A stretch of DNA of 57,530 nt from Candidatus Latescibacterota bacterium (GCA_038279365.1 JAYODI010000021.1:1-57530), one strand, 5' to 3'; shown: positions 28,769 through 39,168, counted from the stretch's first letter. Notes: a model not told the origin generated them from the sequence alone. Numbers and translations: made by a program.

Positions 28769-29488
28769 TCATTCTGCAATTTCCATAATTTGAATATTAT
28801 CCCACCACAAATCTGTATGGAACGTGCGCAATCCAAATAGACCTTTGCGCCAAGGTTCAGGATCTTCTTGCTTCAAATACACCTTGCCATCTACGGCAAA
28901 AGTCAACTGCCCGCCTTTGCGTGTAATGGTCACATGATATGTAACACCCTGCCGACAATGATAATCATATGTTTCTGTTAACAATTCAAATCCTGGACAC
29001 CGCCGCATTCGAATCCGCGCCCGTTCATCTCCTTCTGTTTGACGCCCTGCATTTAAAAATGTAAAGATATACCCGTTCAAATGGTGGTAATGCTTGTATC
29101 CGCCATCTGTGCGTGTTTCACGCGTTTCATAAAGTGATTTGCCTGTTGGGTCAGCATAAAACAAAAAGAAATTGATGTTATTGGCCTCAAGTGTTGAACT
29201 AATAACATGTGCATCAAAGTCAACTTGCACATCTCCTGCTATTGCGGTTTTATTCCAAACTGTACATACATATCCATTGCCATTTTTTTCGGGTGGATCG
29301 GCTTTAATATACAACCGCCCATCTTCTACCCACACTTTTTCGCCCCCTTCTATCCACCAATCATTTGGTAATTCGTTCGACTCAAAATCTGCATGAAAAA
29401 GCACATTTTTTGACATGTTTAATTCTCCATATACGGGCATATAAAATAGAATCCCTGCCGCGATTCCCCAAAAATATTGACGTATCAT
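28769..29488 (-). CDS. Secreted DUF1961/DUF6250-like (concanavalin-like fold) protein
   Basis: Signal peptide. Motifs TVWNK, NINFF, RIRMRRCPG and GLFGLRTF...WWDNI. Confidence 0.6.
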   Translation of the reverse strand: MIRQYFWGIAAGILFYMPVYGELNMSKNVLFHADFESNELPNDWWIEGGEKVWVEDGRLYIKADPPEKNGNGYVCTVWNKTAIAGDVQVDFDAHVISSTLEANNINFFLFYADPTGKSLYETRETRTDGGYKHYHHLNGYIFTFLNAGRQTEGDERARIRMRRCPGFELLTETYDYHCRQGVTYHVTITRKGGQLTFAVDGKVYLKQEDPEPWRKGLFGLRTFHTDLWWDNIQIMEIAE

Positions 29489-29626
29489 TACACGCTCCCG
29501 ATTAAACACTTGTCCGAACAATCTGGCATTTGTATTCTATTCACAATACACAGAATCCAAATTGAATACAAGAGAAGAAAGATGTCTGTGCTTGGATTCA
29601 CCTTTTATCTACCGAAAGGATTTTTC

Positions 29627-30604
29627 ATGCCAATTATCAAATGGGGTATCATCGGTTGTGGGGATGTTTGTGAAGTAAAAAGTGGCCCAGGTTTTTACAA
29701 GTCAACAAACTCTGCGCTTGTGAGCGTGATGAGACGAGATGGTGATAAAGCGGCAGACTTTGCCAAACGCCACAATGTGGCCCATCATACCAACAATGCC
29801 GATGAGGTGATTCATCACCCCAATGTGGATGCTGTTTATATTGCCACACCCCCTTCTTCACATTGTGACTATGCACTCAAGGTCGCCGAAGCTGGCAAAC
29901 CCTGTTATGTGGAAAAACCTATGGCGATGAATCATTGTGAATGTGTGCAAATGGTTGATGCATTTAAAGCCAAAAATGTGCCTCTTTATGTGGCTTATTA
30001 TCGCCGTGGATTGCCTCGCTTTCTCAAGGTGCGTGAACTGCTTCGAGAAGGTGCCATTGGTCAACCCACGTCGGTGCATATTGTACACTATGGCAAACTC
30101 GCCACAGGTGACAAAGCCAAAGGTTGGCGTTATGACCCCACCATTGCAGGTGCGGGCACGTTTCTTGATTTGGCTTCTCATGGTTTGGATATTCTCGATT
30201 TTCTTATTAGCCCTATTAAACGCGCCAGTGGTTTTGCCATCAACACTGGTAAGGCCTACAATGCTGAAGATGTTACGGCAGGATCTTTTGAATTTGAGTC
30301 GGGCGTTGTGGGGACGGGGGTGTGGAATTTTAATGCCAGCTATGGTGCCGATTATATTGTGATTACAGGTTCCCAAGGGGAACTTAAAACGCCGGTCTTT
30401 GCCGATACAGATATTTTTTTAAAGCGCAATGGCAAAGAGGAAACATTCTCGGCACCCAACCCTCCTCATGTGCATCAACCGCTTATTCAAAGCATTGTAA
30501 ATGAACTCAATGGGGAAGGACAGTGTGAATCGACGGGTGAAAGTGGTGCGCGCACATCGTGGGCGATGGATCAGTGTCTTTTAACGTATTATGGCGAAAG
30601 ATAA
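29627..30604 (+). CDS. Gfo/Idh/MocA oxidoreductase
   Basis: Motifs WGIIGCG, VYIATPP and YVEKPMA. AAAGGA RBS. Confidence 0.9.
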   Translation: MPIIKWGIIGCGDVCEVKSGPGFYKSTNSALVSVMRRDGDKAADFAKRHNVAHHTNNADEVIHHPNVDAVYIATPPSSHCDYALKVAEAGKPCYVEKPMAMNHCECVQMVDAFKAKNVPLYVAYYRRGLPRFLKVRELLREGAIGQPTSVHIVHYGKLATGDKAKGWRYDPTIAGAGTFLDLASHGLDILDFLISPIKRASGFAINTGKAYNAEDVTAGSFEFESGVVGTGVWNFNASYGADYIVITGSQGELKTPVFADTDIFLKRNGKEETFSAPNPPHVHQPLIQSIVNELNGEGQCESTGESGARTSWAMDQCLLTYYGER

Positions 30605-30613
30605 AAACGGCTT

Positions 30614-30784
30614 ATGTATCAAAAGCACATTCGCCCACATTTGCCACTGATGGGTATCATACTTTTTGAAAAAGGCCGTGAGATTCAAGATTTGCACACC
30701 ATAGAAGATCCTGGAGGCAGGGGTGTCTTGCTTAAATTGATTCAAACCTCTGCACCGACACCCAAACAAGGAAATATGCCATGA
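30614..30784 (+). CDS. Possible 56-aa small ORF or gene remnant
   Basis: Fills the whole intergenic gap. Its TGA overlaps the next ATG (ATGA). RBS is weak. Confidence 0.3.
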   Translation: MYQKHIRPHLPLMGIILFEKGREIQDLHTIEDPGGRGVLLKLIQTSAPTPKQGNMP

Positions 30785-31587
30785 TTATTGAATGGAACGC
30801 TCACATGTTTAGTTCTGACACGGCGCGATATCCCTTTCACCCCAATGCTGTTTATACACCCAATGCAGTAAATTGGGAGGCTGATCCACTTGCTACTTAT
30901 TTGAAACGCTTAAAAGATGAAAACATAGACCGTGCCGTTTTGGTTCACCCCGAACCCTATGGTGATGACCATCGCTTGGTTCTTGACTGCCTAAAACGCG
31001 AATCCCGTTTGTTTAAAGGCACCAGTTTGTTTTATCCCAAAGATCCTCAAGCACCACAAAAACTTGCCGATCTTGTGGCACAAGAACCTCAAATTATTTC
31101 AACTCGGTTTCATGCACACAGAGGCAAAGAGCAATACCTAAACAGTTTTGCAGATCGCAACGTGCGCAACTTATGGGAAAAGGCTGTTGAGCTGAATCTA
31201 ATTGTAGAATTGCATATTGGCCCAGATTATGGTGCTCAAGTACGCGATGTGCTCAAAGATATGCCCGAATCGGTTGTGCTTATTGACCACTTGGCCGAGC
31301 CCCATAAGGGCGATGCCGTAGAATTTGCCAACATTCTTGACCTTGCCCAATTTGACCACGTGTATATGAAACTCTCTGGACTCAACCACTTTGCCAAAGA
31401 TTTGCCCCACTATGAAAGTGCCAAACCTTTTACCAAAGTTGTTGCTGACGCATTTGGCCCCGATCGCCTTGTATGGGGCAGTGGCACGCCCCACATTGTT
31501 GACGTTCACCTTGCTCATTGGTGTGAAAAGGATCGCGCCAAAGTAAAAGGTGAAAACTTAAAAAAACTGCTTTGGCCAGAAGATTAA
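30781..31587 (+). CDS. Amidohydrolase_2-family protein with degenerate motifs
   Basis: Motifs DRAVLV, LIDHLAEP, YMKLSG and FGPDRLVWGS. N-terminal EWNAH replaces DxHxH. Confidence 0.8.
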   Translation: MIIEWNAHMFSSDTARYPFHPNAVYTPNAVNWEADPLATYLKRLKDENIDRAVLVHPEPYGDDHRLVLDCLKRESRLFKGTSLFYPKDPQAPQKLADLVAQEPQIISTRFHAHRGKEQYLNSFADRNVRNLWEKAVELNLIVELHIGPDYGAQVRDVLKDMPESVVLIDHLAEPHKGDAVEFANILDLAQFDHVYMKLSGLNHFAKDLPHYESAKPFTKVVADAFGPDRLVWGSGTPHIVDVHLAHWCEKDRAKVKGENLKKLLWPED

Positions 31588-31599
31588 AAGGACTCCTTG

Positions 31600-32442
31600 A
31601 TGCTTACCGAAAAAGATTATTTACAAAAGCGCGACGAACTGATCACTTTGGGATATGCTGTTGTTCCCAATATTTTATCACAACCCTTTTTAGATGAGTT
31701 GCGTATTTGGTCTCAACAAGTATTTGATAAAGTACCTGTGGACCCAAAATATCGCTATCAGGGCAGTGACATTCATGTGTCTACACAAAGACGCTGGGAT
31801 AAATTGGAAAATCCGGAACGCACCATTCAGCGCTTTCCTGACCCGATCATAGATCGCTTGGTTGATTGGGAGCCTGCATGGGAGGCATGTCGCAACATTG
31901 GATTAGAACATGAAACCCCCAGTGACACCATGATCATGCTCTCCAAACCCGCGTTTGGCCCACCGCTTTATTGGCACCAAGATTTTATGAACTGGAACCA
32001 TCCTGAAGCCGCATCACCGTGGCCCACCAAAGTGTTTTTGTCTTATTATTTGACAGATACCAACCGTGAAAACGGGTGTTTGCGCGCCATCCCTGGTAGC
32101 CATCGCAAACGCTTGCCGCTTCATGACATCTTGCCTCCTGCTCATGGCCCAGACATTCAGGCCATTGAAGATCTCAACCATCCTGTTTTTCAAGATCATC
32201 CAGATGCTGTTGATTTGCCCGTAAATGCGGGTGATTTGGTTTTTGCCGATGCACGTTTGTTGCATGCGGCTTGGCCAAACCGCACAGACCAACGGCGTAC
32301 GCTTCTTTTGCAATGGCATTCCGTTTTTCCGTTTCCCAACCCACCCAGTTGGTGGACGGGTGACATACCCGACGTGATTCGCAATGCAGACCTTCGTGCC
32401 ACCTATGAACCCACACGCAACCCAGGCATTTACCTCGTATGA
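31600..32442 (+). CDS. Phytanoyl-CoA dioxygenase-family (Fe/2OG) protein
   Basis: Motifs WHQD, NGCLRAIPGSH and GDLVFADARLLHA...N..RR. Confidence 0.88.
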   Translation: MLTEKDYLQKRDELITLGYAVVPNILSQPFLDELRIWSQQVFDKVPVDPKYRYQGSDIHVSTQRRWDKLENPERTIQRFPDPIIDRLVDWEPAWEACRNIGLEHETPSDTMIMLSKPAFGPPLYWHQDFMNWNHPEAASPWPTKVFLSYYLTDTNRENGCLRAIPGSHRKRLPLHDILPPAHGPDIQAIEDLNHPVFQDHPDAVDLPVNAGDLVFADARLLHAAWPNRTDQRRTLLLQWHSVFPFPNPPSWWTGDIPDVIRNADLRATYEPTRNPGIYLV

Positions 32443-34880
32443 GTGATTTTAAAACCCAAGTTAAAGTGGGGCAGCGCACGTATTCCATTTTTGAAATTGC
32501 ATTTGCTTGTCTCATTTTATTTTATGCACTTCTCATTCTTTATACTTTTCGTGATTATGGTATCACCTCAGATGAAACCCATCATGTCAAATATGGTGAA
32601 CAAATTGTTCGGTGGTATGTGAGCGGGTTTAAAGACGAAGCCCTTTTCCAAACCAAAAATACGTGGCTCTATGGTGGCTTTTTTGACATTACGGCGTATC
32701 TCACAAGCCAAGTTTTGCCATTGGATCGCTATGATGCCAATCACTTGTGTAATGCCTTTTTCGGCCTTTTAGGAATAGTTGCTGCTTATCGTATTGGTGC
32801 GCTATTGGGAGGGCCATTTACTGGGTTCTTGGCTGCACTGGCATTGTTTTTGACCCCGCGTTATTACGGTCACGCATTTAACAATCCCAAAGATATTCCG
32901 TTTGCTGTCTGTTATCTTTGGAGTGTCTTTTATGTTATTCAGTGTTATCAAACCTTTCCCAAACTTGCTCGCAGTACTCTCATTGGCACAGGTTTATCTA
33001 TTGGTTTTGCTTTGGGCATTCGCATTGGTGGTCTTTTGCTCATCGCTTATTTGGGCCTTGTGATCATCTTTCACTTGTTTCAACACCGTCACACTTTTAT
33101 TCCCACACTCAAAAAAATCTTACCCAGGCTTGGGATCCTTTTTTTTATTGCCTACATCACCATGCTTCTTTGCTGGCCCTATGCTTTTCAAAATCCGATC
33201 TCTGGCCCCATCATCGCGCTTCAAAAATTTTCGCAGTTCACAGAGTTTCATACCAGCTTTTTTGGCGGGCAATATGTGCTGAATACGGCATTGCCGCGCA
33301 CTTATGCGCCCACTTGGTTTTTGCTCACATTGCCTGAATTTGCGCTTGTTGGTATTCTTGTCGGATTATATGTCAGTGTTACTCAAAGACGAATAGAACA
33401 TCTGCTTCTTTTTTTAACGGGTCTGTTTCCTGTTTTATATGCGGTGGTTATGAACACGCCCTTATACGATGGGTTGAGACATTTGTTGTTTGCCATTCCT
33501 CCGCTCGTTGTTTTTGCAATGGTTGGCATAAGTGGCATCATTCAAAACCCCAAAATGCAGCGCATTGGCATTGCCATTGTTGCACTGCTTTTTGTGAGCA
33601 CGGGCATTGAGATGGTGCGTTTGCACCCCAACCAATATGTCTATTTCAACACCGCTATAGCTGGTGGTGTTAAACAAGCCTCTGGGCGTTATGAAACCGA
33701 CTATTGGGAAAACACTTTGAAACAAGGTATTCGGTGGATAGAAAAAAACATGTCTCCTCCCCCTCATCAGCGGATTCATATAGGTGGGTCCAGCGAGAAC
33801 ATTGCATATATGATTGATCCGACAAAATTGAACCTCATTACATATGCCGAAAAAGCAGATGTTTATTTGGGTACTACGCGGTATGATCGACACCGCAAAG
33901 TACCAGGTGAGATTTTGCACATCATTACCTCATCCAATACCCCTCTGCTTTATCTTATTCGCCCAGATACATCTTATCGACACGACCCATTTTTTGCAGA
34001 ATCGCCCTTTTACCATTTTCGATTGGGCGAAATCCACGAAGCCGAAAAACGTCCTGCAGAAGCATTGCTTGCTTATCAAGAATCTTTATCTAAGACCTTG
34101 CAACAGGGCAACTCCGAACCTTATTTTTTGATGCGCATTTATATCCGGATCGGCAATCAGTATGAAACGCTAAATCAATTTCATGAAGCCCTCACCACAT
34201 ATTTGAAAGCGTTGGAATATGACTCTAAAAATGGCGCGTTGCATAATAATATTGGTATTGTTTTTGCCCGTTTGAATGACCACAAAGAAGCCATACGGTG
34301 GCTTCAAAAAGCGGTTGAGATAGATCCCGAATATTTTACTGCGTGGGTTAATTTGGGAGGAATATCTGCTCAAATAGAAGAATATGAACAAGCCGGACAG
34401 GCGTACCGCAAAGCATTAGGCTTAAAAGACGATACGGCCATTCGATATTCATTGGGAAAGTTGGAATATGAACTGGGCAATTTTGATGCGGCTATTACAG
34501 AGTTTCAACATATTCTCCAACAGCATCCCTATGATGCACAAACCCTACACAATTTGGCACTCTCTTATGCAGAATTAAAAAATTATGACAGAGCCAAAGA
34601 AATGGTTCAACGTGCCATCGAACAAGCACCCGATGATTTTAAAAATTACTTTACGCTTGGTTCTATTGCGATGTATCAAAATGCTTATACAGAGGCCATA
34701 GAGGCCTATCTTAAAGCACTTGAATACAATACTCAAAACTCCGAGGTGTATGTTGGGTTGGGACTTGCATTGGCATCTGCAGGAGATGTTGCAAACGCAA
34801 GATTGGCTTTTCAAGAAGCACTCAAGATTGACCCACACCATGCTGAGGCCAACCATCATCTTCAAACGTTATTGAGGTAA
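32439..34880 (+). CDS. GT-C fold (PMT/GT39-like) membrane glycosyltransferase fused to C-terminal TPR array
   Basis: TSDE motif after TM1, NNPKDIP, many TM segments, YDGLRH and ETDYW, then multiple TPRs. ATGA overlap with the upstream gene. Confidence 0.8.
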   Translation: MSDFKTQVKVGQRTYSIFEIAFACLILFYALLILYTFRDYGITSDETHHVKYGEQIVRWYVSGFKDEALFQTKNTWLYGGFFDITAYLTSQVLPLDRYDANHLCNAFFGLLGIVAAYRIGALLGGPFTGFLAALALFLTPRYYGHAFNNPKDIPFAVCYLWSVFYVIQCYQTFPKLARSTLIGTGLSIGFALGIRIGGLLLIAYLGLVIIFHLFQHRHTFIPTLKKILPRLGILFFIAYITMLLCWPYAFQNPISGPIIALQKFSQFTEFHTSFFGGQYVLNTALPRTYAPTWFLLTLPEFALVGILVGLYVSVTQRRIEHLLLFLTGLFPVLYAVVMNTPLYDGLRHLLFAIPPLVVFAMVGISGIIQNPKMQRIGIAIVALLFVSTGIEMVRLHPNQYVYFNTAIAGGVKQASGRYETDYWENTLKQGIRWIEKNMSPPPHQRIHIGGSSENIAYMIDPTKLNLITYAEKADVYLGTTRYDRHRKVPGEILHIITSSNTPLLYLIRPDTSYRHDPFFAESPFYHFRLGEIHEAEKRPAEALLAYQESLSKTLQQGNSEPYFLMRIYIRIGNQYETLNQFHEALTTYLKALEYDSKNGALHNNIGIVFARLNDHKEAIRWLQKAVEIDPEYFTAWVNLGGISAQIEEYEQAGQAYRKALGLKDDTAIRYSLGKLEYELGNFDAAITEFQHILQQHPYDAQTLHNLALSYAELKNYDRAKEMVQRAIEQAPDDFKNYFTLGSIAMYQNAYTEAIEAYLKALEYNTQNSEVYVGLGLALASAGDVANARLAFQEALKIDPHHAEANHHLQTLLR

Positions 34881-34884
34881 CATC

Positions 34885-35445
34885 ATGAAAAATACTTCTG
34901 TGGGTATGACGCGCCCCAACTTTGACAACATTCCTAAATTTGATCTTCCTAAACCTTATAGCCTGCGCACCTATCAACCCAATGACGAAAAGGCTTGGTT
35001 GGAGATTCATGTGCAGGCTGACCCTTATAATACTTTTACAGAAGAATCTTTTTTTAAAGGGTTTGGACATGACGCGCAACTTTGGCGAGAAAATCAATTT
35101 TATGTTTGTGATGAAAACAGCAAACCCGTAGGCACTGCAACTGCATGGTCTGTTCAAAAAGAGGAACACCCTACGCCACAGGGTTTGGTACACTGGGTGG
35201 CTCTTTACCCCGATCATCAGGGGAAAGGCTTGTCTAAGCCCCTCATGTCTGCGGTGTGTCATCGTCTTCGAGATCGTGGTTTTGAATGCGCTTATCTCAA
35301 CACGTCATCGGGGCGTTTACCTGCTGTGGCGCTTTATTTGGCATTTGGTTTTGTGCCTCACATACGCAAACCCGAAGAACGTGCTGTTTGGGCGTACATC
35401 AAAGAACAACTTGGCCCACGTGCCATTGGGCTTGAAGATTTTTAA
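34885..35445 (+). CDS. GNAT-family acetyltransferase
   Basis: Motifs HWVAL.PDHQGKGL and AVALYLAFGF. Confidence 0.85.
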   Translation: MKNTSVGMTRPNFDNIPKFDLPKPYSLRTYQPNDEKAWLEIHVQADPYNTFTEESFFKGFGHDAQLWRENQFYVCDENSKPVGTATAWSVQKEEHPTPQGLVHWVALYPDHQGKGLSKPLMSAVCHRLRDRGFECAYLNTSSGRLPAVALYLAFGFVPHIRKPEERAVWAYIKEQLGPRAIGLEDF

Positions 35446-35571
35446 AAACGTCATTTATTTCTTTTGTCAATCACAGACCAAGGTACGTGGCAAATGAGAT
35501 TGTTAAACTTGATCTGTGACTTATTATATTTGTGTGCTTTTATTTCTCACCTTTCTTCAAAGGAAACCTTC

Positions 35572-36150
35572 ATGCAACTCTTTGATGGCAACACCTTAAA
35601 CGGTTGGGCTCCTACAGGCAACCCAGAAAGTTGGACGGTTGACAACAATTGCATTCATTGCAAAGCACTCAAAGGCAAATACCTATATTACACTGAAACA
35701 CAATATCAAAACTTTGAATTGTCTCTCGAATTTAAGCATACTGAAAAAGCCAACAGCGGTGTGTTTTTTCGGTGGACCGATCTTGAAAACCCTGTTCAAA
35801 CGGGTATTGAAATCCAAATATTGGATACACACGGGCGTGAACCGGCTACCACACATTGTAGCGGTGCTGTTTATGACCTACAAGCACCGACGCACAACAC
35901 CTGTAAACCCGCAGGTGAATGGAACACGATGACGCTCTATGCCAAGGACAACATCATTCGTGTGACTTTAAATGATGAACAAATAGTCGATATGGATCTC
36001 AATCGCTGGACGACTCCAGGACAAAACCCCGATGGCACACCCAATAAGTTTGAACGCGCCTTTTGTGAAATGACCGAAAAAGGCTATATTGGCTTACAAG
36101 ATCACGGTGGTCTTATTTGGTTTCGCAATCTGAATATTGAAACGGTATAA
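35572..36150 (+). CDS. DUF1080 (3-keto-disaccharide hydrolase-like) protein
   Basis: Motifs LFDGNTLNGW, NSGVFFR, EIQILD, GEWN and GYIGLQDHG..IWFRN. AAAGGA RBS. Confidence 0.88.
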   Translation: MQLFDGNTLNGWAPTGNPESWTVDNNCIHCKALKGKYLYYTETQYQNFELSLEFKHTEKANSGVFFRWTDLENPVQTGIEIQILDTHGREPATTHCSGAVYDLQAPTHNTCKPAGEWNTMTLYAKDNIIRVTLNDEQIVDMDLNRWTTPGQNPDGTPNKFERAFCEMTEKGYIGLQDHGGLIWFRNLNIETV

Positions 36151-36263
36151 CAGCACCCGTAAATCGTAAAAGTCCCAAAGCTTTACCCAATGCACGCAAA
36201 GTATTCGGTAAAGCACACCACCCAATTTTAAAAACACCGGAGATTATTATCTGAGAAATTAGT

Positions 36264-36305
36264 CATAAAAAAGGAGGCAACCCGAGGGTTGTCTCCTTTT
36301 TTATG
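36264..36305. terminator. Bidirectional intrinsic terminator
   Basis: CATAAAAAAGGAGGCAACC / GGTTGTCTCCTTTTTTATG. Confidence 0.85.
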
Positions 36306-36425
36306 TCACTTGTATGATTATCTCATTTGGTACCAATGGCACAATCGTAATCACATCTGAGGACCGTCCAAAAATCTATATTTCAACTTAAAAAAATATA
36401 CACAATGTTTCCAAGACATACCACT

Positions 36426-38360
36426 TTAAGGCATCACAGTCACTGTCCACATATCCTTTTTTGAAGGTGATTTTGCCTTCAAAACAATGCGTGTCAACTG
36501 TTCTGTTTGCCAACTGCGTGACAGCCTGCGATCATCCAACACAACGGCCTCGGTGGTTGCATCAAACTTCTTCGCATCATAGGCAATGGTTGCACTGCCA
36601 AACTTCTCTCCGTCGCCTTTTAACACCAGCTTGCCTGACTTATCAATGGTCACATCGCACGGTGTCATCAACGTTAATGTAAGCCCACCAGACACTTTGT
36701 CTAAGACATACTGATCGACAAGCATTACGTTTTTGCCACGATTGAGTTGTACTGTGCGTTGCCAAGATTTGACACCTGCTTCTTTGGGATAGGTGCTTGC
36801 AATATCCAAAGAAAACTGTGTGGATTGATCGGTGGTTTTATAGACCACATCTGTGGCCGAAAACGAACGCCCATTTTTTTGCATCACACCATTGATGGTT
36901 GGCAAATTGTGATAGGCCGATTGCATGGTCCAAATTTCGTAGCGCTTGCTGCTAAATGTTTGGGCTGTATAAGTGCCCACACCGGCATCAATGAGCAGTG
37001 GCAACCCATCGCGATAAACAATGAAATTGCCCACATCGTTGTGATTGTGGCTTTCGGCATTGTGCCCCCCCTTACCTGCCACATAAAACCCCTTGGCTGT
37101 TCCTTCTTCATCGCGTGCGGCAAAGACTTGTAAATCGGGAAACCACACATCGCGCAAATGCGGTTGTGCCCCTGTGACACTTTGAATGTCGTTGTAGTGA
37201 AACAACGCATACAAATCGCGATACCCATCTACACCGCCCCCTTGGCGACCTTGGCGTTGCTCGGCTGCCCATGCACCAAATGCCATCATGGTATCATCAT
37301 TTATACGCTTGCCATAACGATAGACCAACTCAGCCGAAACACGATTGCGTGCGCTGGCATCGGCAAAATTGACAAAATACTCTCCGTCGATATGCGCCCG
37401 GTAAATGTATCGCCCAATGTTTTGGATGAGGGGATCGGAATAGACCTCAAACTGGCCATTGGTTGCGCTATACATCAACTCCAAACAATCAAACAAAGAG
37501 GCACCTGCTCGCCCCCAATATCCTGGCCCTTCGTCACATCCACCATCTTGCGGATAAGGATTTAAAAAATTATCCACCACACGTAAAATTTTCTCAACGG
37601 ACTGCAAACGTTTGTTGGCATCTTTTTCCATAATTAGCACGCTGGTCAACCAGTTGGAACAAATCCATGGATTCCAATTGTTTACACTGCGCCCCGCAAA
37701 ACCCATCCACCAAAAATCGTCGCGTTCTAAGGCGGGTGTCAAAATTTGGCGATTGATCTCACGCTGAACGCGCGGCACCACCAAAGGTGACACGGCATCT
37801 AATTGGGGCTCTAATAGATACACGGTCCAGGCCAACTGGGCGGCTGTTCCTGCAGAAAAAAGGGCTACTATTGGTTCGTCTAAATCGGGTAATCCGCTTC
37901 CGGCTTTTTGACTGCCCACATGCGCTGGCACGCCCCACCACGTTTCTTCACATGTTGCCCACACACCATTGACAATTTGATCAACAAAGCGCCCATTGCC
38001 TTCAATGCACTCGGCCAAAACCAAATCTTGTAATTTACGCCGTCTTTGGCCGCGCAACCCTTCATATCGGCTGCGGTTGCCATTGCGAGCAAAATCTAAA
38101 AACACATCTGCGGGTAGGGCAGGCCAATTGTACTCTAATGCTTCTTCACCTCTGCCAATGGCCCACTTTCGAAAATCTTCTGGCAATGCCTCCCACGCTG
38201 CCCGATCTGTTGCCTTGGGAAAAGGTTTCCAATCATTGGCCGATGCAACAAGAGAAGAAAGTTGTTCAGATGTAAACTTATTTTGCAACAAATTGGTTTG
38301 GGCAAACACGGAGGTTGCCCACATCATACCCACCAAACAAACCATCATACGTATCATCAC
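36426..38360 (-). CDS. Heparinase II/III-family polysaccharide lyase-like protein, secreted
   Basis: Signal peptide. Motifs NNWNPW, DGGCDEGPGYW, NFADA, HNHNDVG and SAYHN. Confidence 0.85.
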   Translation of the reverse strand: MMIRMMVCLVGMMWATSVFAQTNLLQNKFTSEQLSSLVASANDWKPFPKATDRAAWEALPEDFRKWAIGRGEEALEYNWPALPADVFLDFARNGNRSRYEGLRGQRRRKLQDLVLAECIEGNGRFVDQIVNGVWATCEETWWGVPAHVGSQKAGSGLPDLDEPIVALFSAGTAAQLAWTVYLLEPQLDAVSPLVVPRVQREINRQILTPALERDDFWWMGFAGRSVNNWNPWICSNWLTSVLIMEKDANKRLQSVEKILRVVDNFLNPYPQDGGCDEGPGYWGRAGASLFDCLELMYSATNGQFEVYSDPLIQNIGRYIYRAHIDGEYFVNFADASARNRVSAELVYRYGKRINDDTMMAFGAWAAEQRQGRQGGGVDGYRDLYALFHYNDIQSVTGAQPHLRDVWFPDLQVFAARDEEGTAKGFYVAGKGGHNAESHNHNDVGNFIVYRDGLPLLIDAGVGTYTAQTFSSKRYEIWTMQSAYHNLPTINGVMQKNGRSFSATDVVYKTTDQSTQFSLDIASTYPKEAGVKSWQRTVQLNRGKNVMLVDQYVLDKVSGGLTLTLMTPCDVTIDKSGKLVLKGDGEKFGSATIAYDAKKFDATTEAVVLDDRRLSRSWQTEQLTRIVLKAKSPSKKDMWTVTVMP

Positions 38361-38374
38361 AAAATTCTCCGTTT

Positions 38375-38797
38375 TTATGAGCCCAAAGTATTTGCATCTA
38401 TTGGATCGACACGTTGAATTGCGTCAATCCCATCAAAGTGGCGATCTGCGCTCACCATGACAGATAATTTATGACGTTGCATGGTTGCAACATGAACGGC
38501 ATCTCGGGCAGGTAGGTTGGGATATGCTGACATTACATGACAAGCCTGCAACATTTCTTGACGCGTTATGGAAAGCAAATGAGGAAACAGATCCAATATC
38601 TGACGCGACAAATGCAAGGCGGCATCTACATGGCCCCGCCGATGTAACACATACAAAACTTCTTGTACGATCTCAGCGCTGGTGGTGGCTTCCAATATAC
38701 CATCGCCATACATTTGTAAAATGTGTTGGCAGGGTGATCGAAGGGGGTGTTCGGCACCGGCGGCATACAAAAAAATATTGGTGTCAAGAAAGACCAT
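38375..38797 (-). CDS. PIN-domain VapC-family toxin
   Basis: Motifs FLDTNIFLYA, EIVQE, RDAVHVA and SADRHFD. Confidence 0.9.
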   Translation of the reverse strand: MVFLDTNIFLYAAGAEHPLRSPCQHILQMYGDGILEATTSAEIVQEVLYVLHRRGHVDAALHLSRQILDLFPHLLSITRQEMLQACHVMSAYPNLPARDAVHVATMQRHKLSVMVSADRHFDGIDAIQRVDPIDANTLGS

Positions 38798-39032
38798 TGC
38801 CGTGTGTCTCCTCAATTTCGGACTCTAAGACCTCCCAATCATCCAATGGCATATTCATGTTGCAAATAGAAGCAACCAACTTCTTAGGATCCTCGGCGCG
38901 AACAAAGTAGCACTCTCGCACTGCCGCACGAATCAATTCTGCAACTGAAACCTCTTGTTGTTGTGCAATATCCTCTAAGCGCTGATATTCTTCTGGTGCC
39001 ATCAAAATCTGCGCACGTTTTGTTTGTGCCAC
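38784..39032 (-). CDS. RHH/CopG-type antitoxin
   Basis: KRAQILM...SVAELIRAAV. GTG start with AAGGAGG RBS. Overlaps the toxin start. Confidence 0.8.
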   Translation of the reverse strand: MAQTKRAQILMAPEEYQRLEDIAQQQEVSVAELIRAAVRECYFVRAEDPKKLVASICNMNMPLDDWEVLESEIEETHGNGLS

Positions 39033-39136
39033 CCTATCCTCCTTTGTATGAGTATCTGTATAAGTATATGTTGTTTTTAACAAAAATCAAAAAAATACTT
39101 GCATGTTTCTTGAAAATATTTAAGTTCAGTTTATAA

Positions 39137-39153
39137 ATTGAACAATGTTTAAT
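39137..39153. promoter_or_regulatory. Candidate TetR operator 1
   Basis: ATTGAAC-AAT-GTTTAAT, just upstream of the tetR-family gene. Confidence 0.65.
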
Positions 39154-39168
39154 GAAGGGTTGTGTAAA

